Source: Phycisphaera mikurensis NBRC 102666
GTDB lineage: Bacteria > Planctomycetota > Phycisphaerae > Phycisphaerales > Phycisphaeraceae
NCBI RefSeq assembly: GCF_000284115.1
Contig: NC_017080.1
Location: forward strand, 3,390,001 to 3,422,000
Length of the DNA: 32,000 bases
Reading direction: 5' to 3'
The notes under the pieces are model-generated. The model was not told the origin of the DNA. It worked only from the letters and a program-made list of their open reading frames with translations, and did not search any database. Of this stretch, positions 9,325-17,468 are shown in pieces. A program made the translations under genes and the position numbers. Position 1 is the stretch's first letter; every line of letters begins with the position of its first letter.

Positions 9325-10746
9325 TCAATCCGCCGTGGCGTCGAGGGCGTCGATCCGCTGCACGACGACCAGCGGGGTGCCCAGCGTGGGGTCGATCTCG
9401 CGGTTGCCGCGGACGCCGACGACGCGGCCGAGCAGCGGCGTGGCGTCGAGGCCGCGGGCGAGGCGGAGGTAGGCGATCGTCCGCTCGCTCGCGGGATCGA
9501 CGACGCGGTACATCTTGGGGAGGGCGACGCCGCCCTCCTCGCCGGCGAAGACGCTGGAGGTGCGGAGGATGCCCAGCGCCGCGTAGGGCTCGTCCGGCTC
9601 GGGCTCCACGACCGTGGGCTCGACGACCGCGAGACCCTCCTTGCGCTGCTGGATCTGCTCGACGGCGGCCATCAGCTGGCGGTTCCGCTCGATGGCGCGG
9701 AGGCGGCTCTCCACCAGGCGGATCTCGAAGGGGCGGAGCCCGCCGCTGCCGAGCAGCGAGGCGTACGCCTCCTCCATCTCGGCGAGCGGCTGCTGCTCCA
9801 GGGGGAGCGTGAAACGCTCCAGCTGGGCCTCCTCCACCGCGGCCACCGCCTCGGAAGGCGTCGCCGCGGAGCCGGCCGCCGGCCCGGCGGCGCCGGAGGG
9901 TCCGGGCGTAACCGGGTCGCCGGAGGCGGCCTCGCCGTCGCCGAGGACCAGCGGCGGGAGCGTCACCGGCGCCGCGGCCTCCGCGTTCGCCGCGGCGAGC
10001 GTCGCCCTCGCGGCGGCGTCGGCTTCGAGGCCCTCCCGGAGCGCGGCGACGTCGGCGGCCTCGGGCGCGGGCGCCGGGGCCTCCGCGCCCGCGTCGCCCA
10101 GCGGGACCATCTCCCCGGTGGGATCCTCGGCGACGACCGGCGCGGGCGCGGGCATCGGCGCGGGGGCGGGCGTCGAGGCCAGCTGCGCCAGCGGCTTCAC
10201 CGTGCCCGGCGGCAGGAAGACCAGCGACCCGGCGGGGGCGAGGATCTCGTAGGCCGCGTCGCCGGCCGCCGCCACGATCTGCACGCGCTCGCCGTACGCC
10301 AGCGTCTTGATCGTGCGGAAGCTCTCGTCCCAGCCGCGGTCGATGCCCTTGATCGTGACCCGCGCCGCCTCGGCGTTGGAGACCCCGACGCTGCCGTCGC
10401 CGCGCCGGTCGAGGTCGCGCCGCGACACGAAGGCGTGCAGGCCCTCGGGGGCCTCGATGCGGTGCCAGTTGTAGAAGTCCTCCACGACGGTCACCCGGTC
10501 GCCCTCCTCGAGCACGGCGACGGGGTAGTAGGACTCGCCGGCCCCGCTGCGGACCTCCACCCGGTCCACGGAGATGACGCCCGCGAAGGGCGGATCGGGC
10601 AGGTTCGCCTCGGCGGGCTGCGCGACGACGGCCGGCGCGGGAGCTCCGGCCACGGCCGCGAGCGCGACCCCGGCGGCGAGCACGAGGCGGGCGGACGCCG
10701 GGCGGAGCGGACGGAACGAGCGTGGCGAGGGGCGGGTGGGCTTCAT
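9325..10746 (-). CDS. Secreted bacterial SH3-domain protein
   Basis: Signal peptide (LVLAAGVALAAVAGAPAPAVVAQ) then VISVDRVEVRSGAGESYYPVAVLEEGDRVTVVEDFYNWHRIEAPEGLHAFVSRRDL, a typical SH3b sequence; Ala/Pro-rich middle. Confidence 0.85.
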   Translation of the reverse strand: MKPTRPSPRSFRPLRPASARLVLAAGVALAAVAGAPAPAVVAQPAEANLPDPPFAGVISVDRVEVRSGAGESYYPVAVLEEGDRVTVVEDFYNWHRIEAPEGLHAFVSRRDLDRRGDGSVGVSNAEAARVTIKGIDRGWDESFRTIKTLAYGERVQIVAAAGDAAYEILAPAGSLVFLPPGTVKPLAQLASTPAPAPMPAPAPVVAEDPTGEMVPLGDAGAEAPAPAPEAADVAALREGLEADAAARATLAAANAEAAAPVTLPPLVLGDGEAASGDPVTPGPSGAAGPAAGSAATPSEAVAAVEEAQLERFTLPLEQQPLAEMEEAYASLLGSGGLRPFEIRLVESRLRAIERNRQLMAAVEQIQQRKEGLAVVEPTVVEPEPDEPYAALGILRTSSVFAGEEGGVALPKMYRVVDPASERTIAYLRLARGLDATPLLGRVVGVRGNREIDPTLGTPLVVVQRIDALDATAD

Positions 10747-10849
10747 GGGAACGGTCCGGGCGGGGCGGGGCGGGAACCACGCCGCCGGGCGGGCGGCTCC
10801 CGGGGCCAATTTAGGGGAAGGCCGCCGGGGCGCCGCCGTAGCGTCGGGC

Positions 10850-12451
10850 ATGGCCGCCCCCGCCCCGATCCGCCGCCGTCGCTTCCCGCGGACCGCGGCC
10901 GCCCTGGCCGTGCTCGGGGCGTGGTCCGCGGGTGCGGGGGCACAGCCGGTCCCCGCGGTGCGGGCCGAGCGGACGCCTCCGGCGGCGTCCACGCCGACGC
11001 CGACGCCCGGAGCGGGGGGCGCGGCCGCGGTGCAGCGCCGACCGGCCCCGGCGCCGCGCCCGCTCGCCGAGACGATCGGGCTGGCCGCCGCCTCGGCCCG
11101 GCTCGGCGAGGGCATGCCCGACGGCAGCGCCGCCGGCGGCGTGATCCTCGGGCTCGTCGAGGGCGGCGGCGCGGCCTACGGGCCGGACCCCGACTCCTCG
11201 GACTTCGCGAACCTGGAGGTCGAGCTCGCCGGAGGGCCCTCCGGCGTCTCGGGCCACGCGGCGAAGACCGCCTCCATCCTCGCCGGCCGCCGCGGCGTGG
11301 TCGCCTCGGCTGCGAAGCTCTGGGCGGCCGACGTCGCCACCTGGCTCGGCCCGGCGTACCTGAACCTGGGCACGGGCGATCCGCCCGCGACCGGCCCAGC
11401 CGTGCCCGACGTGTTCTCGCACTCCTGGGTCGCCTTCGACGCGGCCGGCGCGGTGGAGATCCTCCGCCGCCTCGACTACGCGATCGACCGCGACGACGCC
11501 CTCCACGCCGTCGGCGTCAACAACGGCGCCGCCACGCCGATGCCGCCCACCCTCGCCGGGGCCTACAACGCGATCGCGGTGGGCGTCGACACCGGCGCGT
11601 CGTCGGGCGGGGGCACGGCGGTGGAGGTCGAGGGCCGCGCCAAGCCGGATCTGGTCGCGCCCGGCGGCCTCACCTCCTGGGCGACGCCCGCGGTCGCCGG
11701 CGTCGCCGCGCTCGCCCGCGACTTCCTGCTCGCGCGGGACGGCGCCGCCCCGCCGGCCGAGGTCGTGAAGGCGGCGCTGATGGCCGGCGCCGCGAAGCCG
11801 CCGGGCTGGAGCCACGACCCCGCCGCCGGCAAGCCGCTCGACGATCACCTGGGCGCCGGCCGCGTGGACGCCGACGCGGCGCTCCGCGTGCTGCAGGGCG
11901 GGCCGCTGCCGCCCGGCGCGCCGATCCGCAGCGTCGCGGGCTACGGCTTCGCCGAGCTCGGCGCGGCCGCGGGCGCCGAGCTGGCCTGGACGCTGGACCT
12001 GCCCGTCGACGCCGGCCCGCTGTCGGTGGTCGCGGTGTGGCACCGGCGGATCGCCGCCCGCACGATCCGCGGCCGCGTCGGCGGCGGCGGGCCGGTCGTG
12101 GAGCGCTGGGCGACCGCCCCGCGGCTGGCCGACCTCGACCTCGTGCTCGAGCGGGAGGTCGGCGGCGGGGCCTCGGAGGTGCAAGCCAGCCGCAGCCGGG
12201 TCGACAACGTCGAGCACGTCCTGCTGCCGTCGACGCCCCGGGCGGCGTACCGGCTGCGGGTGACGCGGCGGGCGGCCGGCGAGCCGTGGGACGTCGCCGT
12301 GGCGTGGCGGCTGCGGCCCGCGGGCGACGCGGCGGTGGAGCCGGAGCCGGAGCCCGAGGCCGAGCCCGAGCCGGAGCCCGGGGCCGCGTCCGAGTTCAAA
12401 TCCGAGCCCGCGGCGGCGGCGGCGGGATCCGCTTCTACCGTTCGTCCGTGA
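10850..12451 (+). CDS. Secreted subtilisin-like (S8) family protein, atypical active site
   Basis: Signal peptide; GHAAKTASILAG (His region) and KPDLVAPGGLTSWATPAVAGVAAL (Ser region) match the S8 order; Asp motif region reads GVILGLVEGGG. C-terminal beta-sandwich-like region and Pro/Glu repeat tail. Confidence 0.8.
   Translation: MAAPAPIRRRRFPRTAAALAVLGAWSAGAGAQPVPAVRAERTPPAASTPTPTPGAGGAAAVQRRPAPAPRPLAETIGLAAASARLGEGMPDGSAAGGVILGLVEGGGAAYGPDPDSSDFANLEVELAGGPSGVSGHAAKTASILAGRRGVVASAAKLWAADVATWLGPAYLNLGTGDPPATGPAVPDVFSHSWVAFDAAGAVEILRRLDYAIDRDDALHAVGVNNGAATPMPPTLAGAYNAIAVGVDTGASSGGGTAVEVEGRAKPDLVAPGGLTSWATPAVAGVAALARDFLLARDGAAPPAEVVKAALMAGAAKPPGWSHDPAAGKPLDDHLGAGRVDADAALRVLQGGPLPPGAPIRSVAGYGFAELGAAAGAELAWTLDLPVDAGPLSVVAVWHRRIAARTIRGRVGGGGPVVERWATAPRLADLDLVLEREVGGGASEVQASRSRVDNVEHVLLPSTPRAAYRLRVTRRAAGEPWDVAVAWRLRPAGDAAVEPEPEPEAEPEPEPGAASEFKSEPAAAAAGSASTVRP
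12335..12381 (+). repeat. Pro-Glu coding microrepeat in the C-terminus of the subtilisin-like protein
   Basis: Repeated gagcc(g/c) codons encoding VEPEPEPEAEPEPEPG. Confidence 0.7.
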
Positions 12452-13095
12452 AGCTCCTCCGCCCGCTCGCCGCCGCCGCCGCCATCGCCCTGGTCCCGCT
12501 CGTCGCCGGCTCCGGCTGCACGACGCGGTACAGCACCCCGAGCCGTGCACTCGGGACGCCCGTCAGCGTGATCCCCGACTGGGACGCCGCCGACCGGGTG
12601 CTCGGTGCCCGCGTGAGCGCCGGCGGCTACGCGATCCAGCGGGTCCGGCTGATCGACGCGGAGGGCCGCGCCCTCGCCCCCGACGCCGCGGTCCGCGAGG
12701 GGCCCGAGCTGGTGGGGGGCGTGCGGGTCGGCGGCGGCATCGGCTCGGGCCTGGGCAGCGGCTACGCCAGCGACGGCTTCGGCGTCCGCACCGGGGTGGG
12801 CGTGGGGCGCACCCTCGGCGGCCGCGTCGTGCCCGGCGACTTCGTCGCCCGCTTCCTCGACCCGCCGCTGGGCCGCCAGCCCTGGACCCTGCGGGTCACC
12901 ACCGCCGGCGACCCCGCCGTCACCACCGACGTGCTGCTCGCGGAGCCGAAGAACCGCGACGCCGCGGGGGGCTCCGACCGCTCGGCGCCGTTGGAGCTGA
13001 AGCTCGTTACCGGAGAGACCCGCTTCTTCACCGCGAGAGCCGGCGCGGGCGGCGCGCGGACCTACGAACCCGCGCCGGAGCCCGCGGATCGCTGA
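12448..13095 (+). CDS. Putative lipoprotein of unknown function
   Basis: GTG start overlaps the upstream stop (GTGA); VKLLRPLAAAAAIALVPLVAGSGCTTRYS lipoprotein signal. The track ORF 9148..13095 extends falsely upstream. Confidence 0.8.
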   Translation: MKLLRPLAAAAAIALVPLVAGSGCTTRYSTPSRALGTPVSVIPDWDAADRVLGARVSAGGYAIQRVRLIDAEGRALAPDAAVREGPELVGGVRVGGGIGSGLGSGYASDGFGVRTGVGVGRTLGGRVVPGDFVARFLDPPLGRQPWTLRVTTAGDPAVTTDVLLAEPKNRDAAGGSDRSAPLELKLVTGETRFFTARAGAGGARTYEPAPEPADR

Positions 13096-13153
13096 GGACG
13101 GCGACTCGAATCCGCCGCGGTCCGCGGGCTCGGCGCCCGGCCCGCACCGCCGG

Positions 13154-13945
13154 CTGCTCGCCGTCGACCTCGACGGCACGCTGCTGCAGCGGGACGGCCG
13201 CGTGCGGCCCGACGACCTCGCCGCGCTCCGCCGGGCCGCCGCGTCCGGCGTCGCGGTGGTCGTCGCGACCGCCCGGCCGCCGCGGGCCGTGCCGCCGGAG
13301 CTTCGCGTCTTCGGCCCGCCGGTGGTCCACTACAACGGCGCGCTGATCCTCGGCCCCGGCGGCATGGCCCAGCCGCCGCTGCTGCACCGCCCGATCGGTG
13401 CCGGCACCGCCGCCGAGGTCGCCCGCCTCGCCCGCCGCCTCGCGCCGGGCTGCTCGCTCGATGCCGAGGTGCTCGACGCCTGGCACACCGACCGGGTGAA
13501 CGCGGCGCTCACGACCGCGACCTCGGCGGTGAGCACCCCCGACCGGGTCGCCCCGCTCGCGGAGCTGTTCGACCGGCCGATCACCAAGCTCATGGTCCTC
13601 GACGAGCCCGCCTCGGTCGACCGGCTGATCGCCGCCCTCCGCGGCGCGGCCTCCCTCACCGGCCGCGCCCGCGTCGTCGTGAGCGACGCCCACCTCCTGC
13701 AGGTGGTGCACCCCCGGGTCGACAAGGCGGCCGCCGTCGCCTGGGTCGCCGGACGCCTCGGCCTGGGTCCCGCCGACATCGACGCCGTCGGCGACGCCCC
13801 CAACGACGCCGACATGCTCCGCGGGGCCGCCCGGTCGGTCTGCGTCGGCGACGGCTGGGAAGAGGCCCGAGCCGCCGCCGACGAGGTGGGCCCGCCCCTC
13901 GCAGAGGGCCCGGTGGGGTGGGCCGTCCGGCGCTGGTACGGGTGA
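13154..13945 (+). CDS. HAD-superfamily, Cof-type sugar-phosphate phosphatase-like hydrolase (start codon uncertain)
   Basis: LLAVDLDGTLLQRDGRV (motif I) lies upstream of the track start at 13202; downstream ATARPPRAVPPEL and VGDAPNDADMLRGA (motif IV). 13154 is a CTG used here as a placeholder start. Confidence 0.85.
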   Translation: MLAVDLDGTLLQRDGRVRPDDLAALRRAAASGVAVVVATARPPRAVPPELRVFGPPVVHYNGALILGPGGMAQPPLLHRPIGAGTAAEVARLARRLAPGCSLDAEVLDAWHTDRVNAALTTATSAVSTPDRVAPLAELFDRPITKLMVLDEPASVDRLIAALRGAASLTGRARVVVSDAHLLQVVHPRVDKAAAVAWVAGRLGLGPADIDAVGDAPNDADMLRGAARSVCVGDGWEEARAAADEVGPPLAEGPVGWAVRRWYG

Positions 13946-13981
13946 GCGGGCCGCGTCCTCCTCCGTCGGCGCCCGCGAGAT

Positions 13982-14027
13982 CCGCGGACCGCCGCCGCGA
14001 GACGCCCGCGGAGGCCACGGTCCGCGG
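13982..14027. terminator. Inverted repeat between the HAD gene and argC
   Basis: CCGCGGACCG (13982..13991) and CGGTCCGCGG (14018..14027), 10-bp perfect arms with 26-nt spacer. Role inferred. Confidence 0.3.
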
Positions 14028-14099
14028 CCCCATCCAAATCTGCTCCCCCGCTCCCCCGCTCCCGCCACTCCCGCCGCCGTCATCCGGCACACTGCCGGG

Positions 14100-15167
14100 A
14101 TGGACACCCTCCGCTGCGCCATCGTCGGCCCCACCGGCTTCACCGGGCTCCACGTCGCGCGGCTGATCGCCGGCCACCCGCGGGCCCGGCTGACCTACCT
14201 CGCCTCGCACCGCGACGACCTGCCCGACCTCACCGAGGAGTTCCCGCGGCTCACCGGGCTCATCGATCCGGACGTGGCGCAGTGCCGCCCGGTCGACCCC
14301 GGCCGCATCGCCGATGCCGCCGACGTCGTCTTCCTGGGCCTGCCGCACAGAGCGGCGATGGCCTACGCGCCGGCCCTGCTCGATGCCGGCCTGCGCGTCG
14401 TCGACCTCTCCGCCGACTACCGGCTCGGCGACGCGGCGCTCTACGAGAAGACCTACGCGACCCCGCACACCGACCCCTTGAACCTCGGCCACGCGGTGTA
14501 CGGCCTGCCCGAGCTGTTCCGCGGCGACCTGCCCGGGGCCCGCCTCGTGGCCACGCCCGGCTGCTACCCCACGGCCGCCACGCTCGCGCTGGCCCCGCTG
14601 CTCTCGCACGCGGTGATCCGCCCCGGCCGCGTCCTGCTCCACGGCGCCACCGGCGTCTCGGGCGCCGGCCGCAAGGCCAGCGACGCCACCGCCTTCACGC
14701 AGGTCGCCGGCGCCTACGGCCCCTACGGCGTGCCCGGCGGCCACCGCCACCAGCCCGAGATGGCGAGGGTGCTCTCCCGCGTGAGCGGCCGGCCGGCGTC
14801 GGAGGTGACGCCGCTGTTCGTCGCGAACCTGCTGCCCACCGCCGACGGCATCGGCATGACCGCCTTCGCCGATCCGGTGGACGACGAGGTGACGCAGGAC
14901 GACCTCATCGACGTGCTCCGCGACGCGTACGACGCCGAGCCCTTCGTGCGCGTGCGGGGGGCCGACGCGGCGATGCCCAACGTCCGCGAGGTGGTCGGCA
15001 CCAACTTCGTCGACCTCACCGCCCGCCTCGTCCGCGCCGGCGACGACGGCCCGGCGGCGGTGTGGGTCTTCGCCGCCATCGACAACCTCGTCAAGGGGGC
15101 GAGCGGCCAAGCGGTCCAGAACATGAACGCCGTCTTCGGGATGGAGGAGACGCTTGGGCTGCTCTGA
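14100..15167 (+). CDS. argC: N-acetyl-gamma-glutamyl-phosphate reductase
   Basis: MDTLRCAIVGPTGFTGLHVARLI, FLGLPHRAAMAYAPALLDAGLRVVDLSADYRL, ATPGCYPTAATLALAPLL (active-site Cys), VPGGHRHQPEM. Confidence 0.96.
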   Translation: MDTLRCAIVGPTGFTGLHVARLIAGHPRARLTYLASHRDDLPDLTEEFPRLTGLIDPDVAQCRPVDPGRIADAADVVFLGLPHRAAMAYAPALLDAGLRVVDLSADYRLGDAALYEKTYATPHTDPLNLGHAVYGLPELFRGDLPGARLVATPGCYPTAATLALAPLLSHAVIRPGRVLLHGATGVSGAGRKASDATAFTQVAGAYGPYGVPGGHRHQPEMARVLSRVSGRPASEVTPLFVANLLPTADGIGMTAFADPVDDEVTQDDLIDVLRDAYDAEPFVRVRGADAAMPNVREVVGTNFVDLTARLVRAGDDGPAAVWVFAAIDNLVKGASGQAVQNMNAVFGMEETLGLL

Positions 15168-15343
15168 CGCACCGTGGGTCCTTTGCTGACGGCTCCTGCG
15201 TGCGAATCGATCAGGAAAGGAGACGCGGCGCTTCCACGCTGGATCAAGCGGCGGTGCCCGGATTGCAGAAGCGCAGGAGGTGTCCGGTACCTTCAGCCCA
15301 GCGCCGAGGGAACCCGCCACCCCCGGCCGGATCGGGACCCGAC

Positions 15344-16321
15344 ATGGAAGACGAGCAGACGCCAGCCCCACCCGCCACGCCCCCCGCCGCTGCGCCGCCG
15401 ATCCCCGCGCGGAGAGAGCCGGAGGCGCCCCGCGGCCCGCTGGGCGTGCTGTGGCACGAGTGGGTGAAGCCGCTGGGCACCGTGCTGCTCGTCGTGATGG
15501 CGGTGCGGTCGACGATCTTCGACTGGAACGACGTGCCCTCGGGTTCGATGCGGCCGACGATCCTCGAGGGCGACCGCATCGTGGTGAACAAGCTCGCGTA
15601 CGGCCTGAACGCGCCCTTCAACGGCCCCAACCTCGACGTGCCCTTCATCGGCGTCAGCTTCGCCAACCCGCTGGACTTCCTGCCGGGCTGGAGCTGGGCC
15701 GCACCGAAGCGCGGCGACACCGTGACCTTCTGGAACCCGACCCCGCGGGAGCTCGGCCCGCGCGGCGGCCCGCTGCGACCCGGGGAGACGCCCGCGGAGA
15801 ACCCCTCCTCGGGCATCCGCATGGTCAAGCGCATCGTGGCGCTGCCCGGCGAGACGGTGGAGGTGATCGGCGGGCGGTTGAAGATCACCGCCGCCGACGG
15901 CACGCCGGTCCCGGTCGTCTACGCCCCCAACCCCGACCCCGACGTCCGCTTCGAGGACCGCGGCGGCGTGCCGGTGGAGGTGCAGCCCTTCCTGGAGAAC
16001 CTCGACGGCCGGGTGCACGCGATCCACTTCCTTCCCGGCCGCGGCAACTACCGCGACAGCCCGCCCTACACGCTGGCCGACCGCGACGGCCTCGCCGACG
16101 ACGAGTACTACATGGTCGGCGACAACCGCGACAACAGCCGCGACGGCCGGTACTACCAGGAGGTGGGCCACCCCGTCCGCGGCCGCGACATCACCGGCAA
16201 GGCCCTCTTCGTCGCGGTCAGCTTCGACGGCTCCCTCGTGCGGCCGGTGTGGAGCCGGTTCCTCAAGGGCCTCGGCGGCGCCGAAGCCGAGCCGGGCGCG
16301 ACGCCCACGGGGGATCCGTGA
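15344..16321 (+). CDS. lepB: Signal peptidase I
   Basis: WNDVPSGSMRPTILEGDRIVVNKLAYG (Ser motif), SSGIRMVKRIVALPGETVEV (Lys motif), YYMVGDNRDNSRDGRY (GDNRxxSxDSR box). Start MEDEQTP chosen by N-terminal plausibility. Confidence 0.95.
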   Translation: MEDEQTPAPPATPPAAAPPIPARREPEAPRGPLGVLWHEWVKPLGTVLLVVMAVRSTIFDWNDVPSGSMRPTILEGDRIVVNKLAYGLNAPFNGPNLDVPFIGVSFANPLDFLPGWSWAAPKRGDTVTFWNPTPRELGPRGGPLRPGETPAENPSSGIRMVKRIVALPGETVEVIGGRLKITAADGTPVPVVYAPNPDPDVRFEDRGGVPVEVQPFLENLDGRVHAIHFLPGRGNYRDSPPYTLADRDGLADDEYYMVGDNRDNSRDGRYYQEVGHPVRGRDITGKALFVAVSFDGSLVRPVWSRFLKGLGGAEAEPGATPTGDP

Positions 16322-16899
16322 GCGATGGCGCTGCGGTGGAGGTCGCGCTCAAGGAGTGGGCGATCGTCTGCGACCTGCTCGCCGCCGGGAGGATGAGCTT
16401 CCTCCTGCGCAAGGGCGGCGTGCACGAGGACCACGGCCCCGGCCGCTTCCGGCTCGAAGAGGAGCGCTTCGCGCTCTTCCCCGCCTGGGAGCACGAGAAG
16501 CTCGCCTGGATCAAGCCGGATTGGCTCGGTGGGATGCGGAGCGAGCCCGTCGAGGAGCAGCCCGAAACGCTGGCGATCCGGGCGGTCGCCGGGGTCGCCC
16601 GGGCCTGGGTGGTGCCGTCGCGCGAGGCCTTCGACCGCCTCGAGGGCCTGCACCCCTGGGCGGAGCCGCAGGTCGACCTGCGCTTCGGCTACAAGCCCGA
16701 GCGGCCGCTCTACGCCGTCGCGCTGCGGGTGACGCGCCTGGCCGAGCCCCGGGTGATCGCGAACCGGCCGGCGTACGCCGGCTGCCGCAGCTGGGTCCCG
16801 CTGGGGGGCGAGGCCGCGGTCGACCCGATCGGCGACCCGGCGGTGGAGCCGGCGGAGCTGGAACGCCGGCTGGCCGCGATCGACGCGGCGCTGGGCTGA
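16318..16899 (+). CDS. DUF1802-like family protein
   Basis: GTG start overlaps the lepB stop (GTGA); VEVALKEWAIVCDLLAAGRMSFLLRKGGVHE...FALFPAWEHEK resembles DUF1802 proteins. Confidence 0.8.
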   Translation: MSDGAAVEVALKEWAIVCDLLAAGRMSFLLRKGGVHEDHGPGRFRLEEERFALFPAWEHEKLAWIKPDWLGGMRSEPVEEQPETLAIRAVAGVARAWVVPSREAFDRLEGLHPWAEPQVDLRFGYKPERPLYAVALRVTRLAEPRVIANRPAYAGCRSWVPLGGEAAVDPIGDPAVEPAELERRLAAIDAALG

Positions 16900-16950
16900 T
16901 TCCTCGGCCGCGAGGCGACGCGCGGGTGCCGGATCCCCCGGGGCGGCGCA

Positions 16951-17406
16951 TCAGGGAGCGACGCGGCCGATGGCTTCCGCCCCGATCACGTTCTCGGTCC
17001 GGCCGGCGGCCCGGTCCGCGAGCGCGTGCGCCGCGTGCGCGTGCAGGCACTTCACCGCGGTGTGGCAGGCCGCACCGCCCACGCCCCGGTCGCGCAAGGC
17101 CGCGGCGAACCCCAGCCGCTCGGCCTCGGCCCGCCCGCCCTCGCCCAGCAGCGACCACCGCTCCGCCGCGTAACGCGCGTGGTCGCCGCGGACGGCGTCC
17201 CGGAACGCTTGGTCGCTTTGGACCCTCGCCACCAGCTCCGCGATCGTCCCGCGGCGCTCCAGGTCCGACAGCGCGTGGATCAACGCCGGGTCCCGGAGCC
17301 AGTACAGCGTCGGGAACGGCCGCGGGCCGTGGGCCGTTTGCTTCAAGGGGCAAACCCGCTCGAAAGCGCCGCTCACGCTCGACCCCCGGGCGTGGCCCGC
17401 GGGCAT
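16951..17406 (-). CDS. DUF501-like protein
   Basis: RVCPLKQTAHGPRPFPTLYWLRDPALIHALSDLERRG, ARYAAERW, RGVGGAACHTAVKCLHAHAAHALA match the pattern I recall for DUF501 (PFPTxYWLxxP...GVGG...VKCLHAHxAH). Confidence 0.75.
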   Translation of the reverse strand: MPAGHARGSSVSGAFERVCPLKQTAHGPRPFPTLYWLRDPALIHALSDLERRGTIAELVARVQSDQAFRDAVRGDHARYAAERWSLLGEGGRAEAERLGFAAALRDRGVGGAACHTAVKCLHAHAAHALADRAAGRTENVIGAEAIGRVAP

Positions 17407-17468
17407 CGCGGCCGCCGAGCGATCCCGATCCTCCCCCGCGGGGCCGACCGCTCGCCGGGCCGCACGTC

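Noticed and set aside
10811-12550. 579-aa minus-strand ORF, and similar antisense ORFs (11941..13179, 13656..15371, 19751..21139, 27777..29786)
   Set aside because: Stop-codon scarcity at high GC creates long antisense frames; composition is dominated by Arg, Gly, Ala, His and Pro with no domain motifs.
9148-13095. 1315-aa plus-strand ORF
   Set aside because: Only the last ~215 codons (from GTG 12448) look real. The upstream part is Arg/Gly/Ala-rich and lies opposite the SH3b gene and out of frame with the subtilase-like gene.
15174-15467. 97-aa ORF between argC and lepB
   Set aside because: No domain, and it overlaps the lepB N-terminus out of frame.
14282-16321. ORF start at 14282 for lepB
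   Set aside because: The first part overlaps argC out of frame; the credible lepB start is MEDEQTP at 15344.
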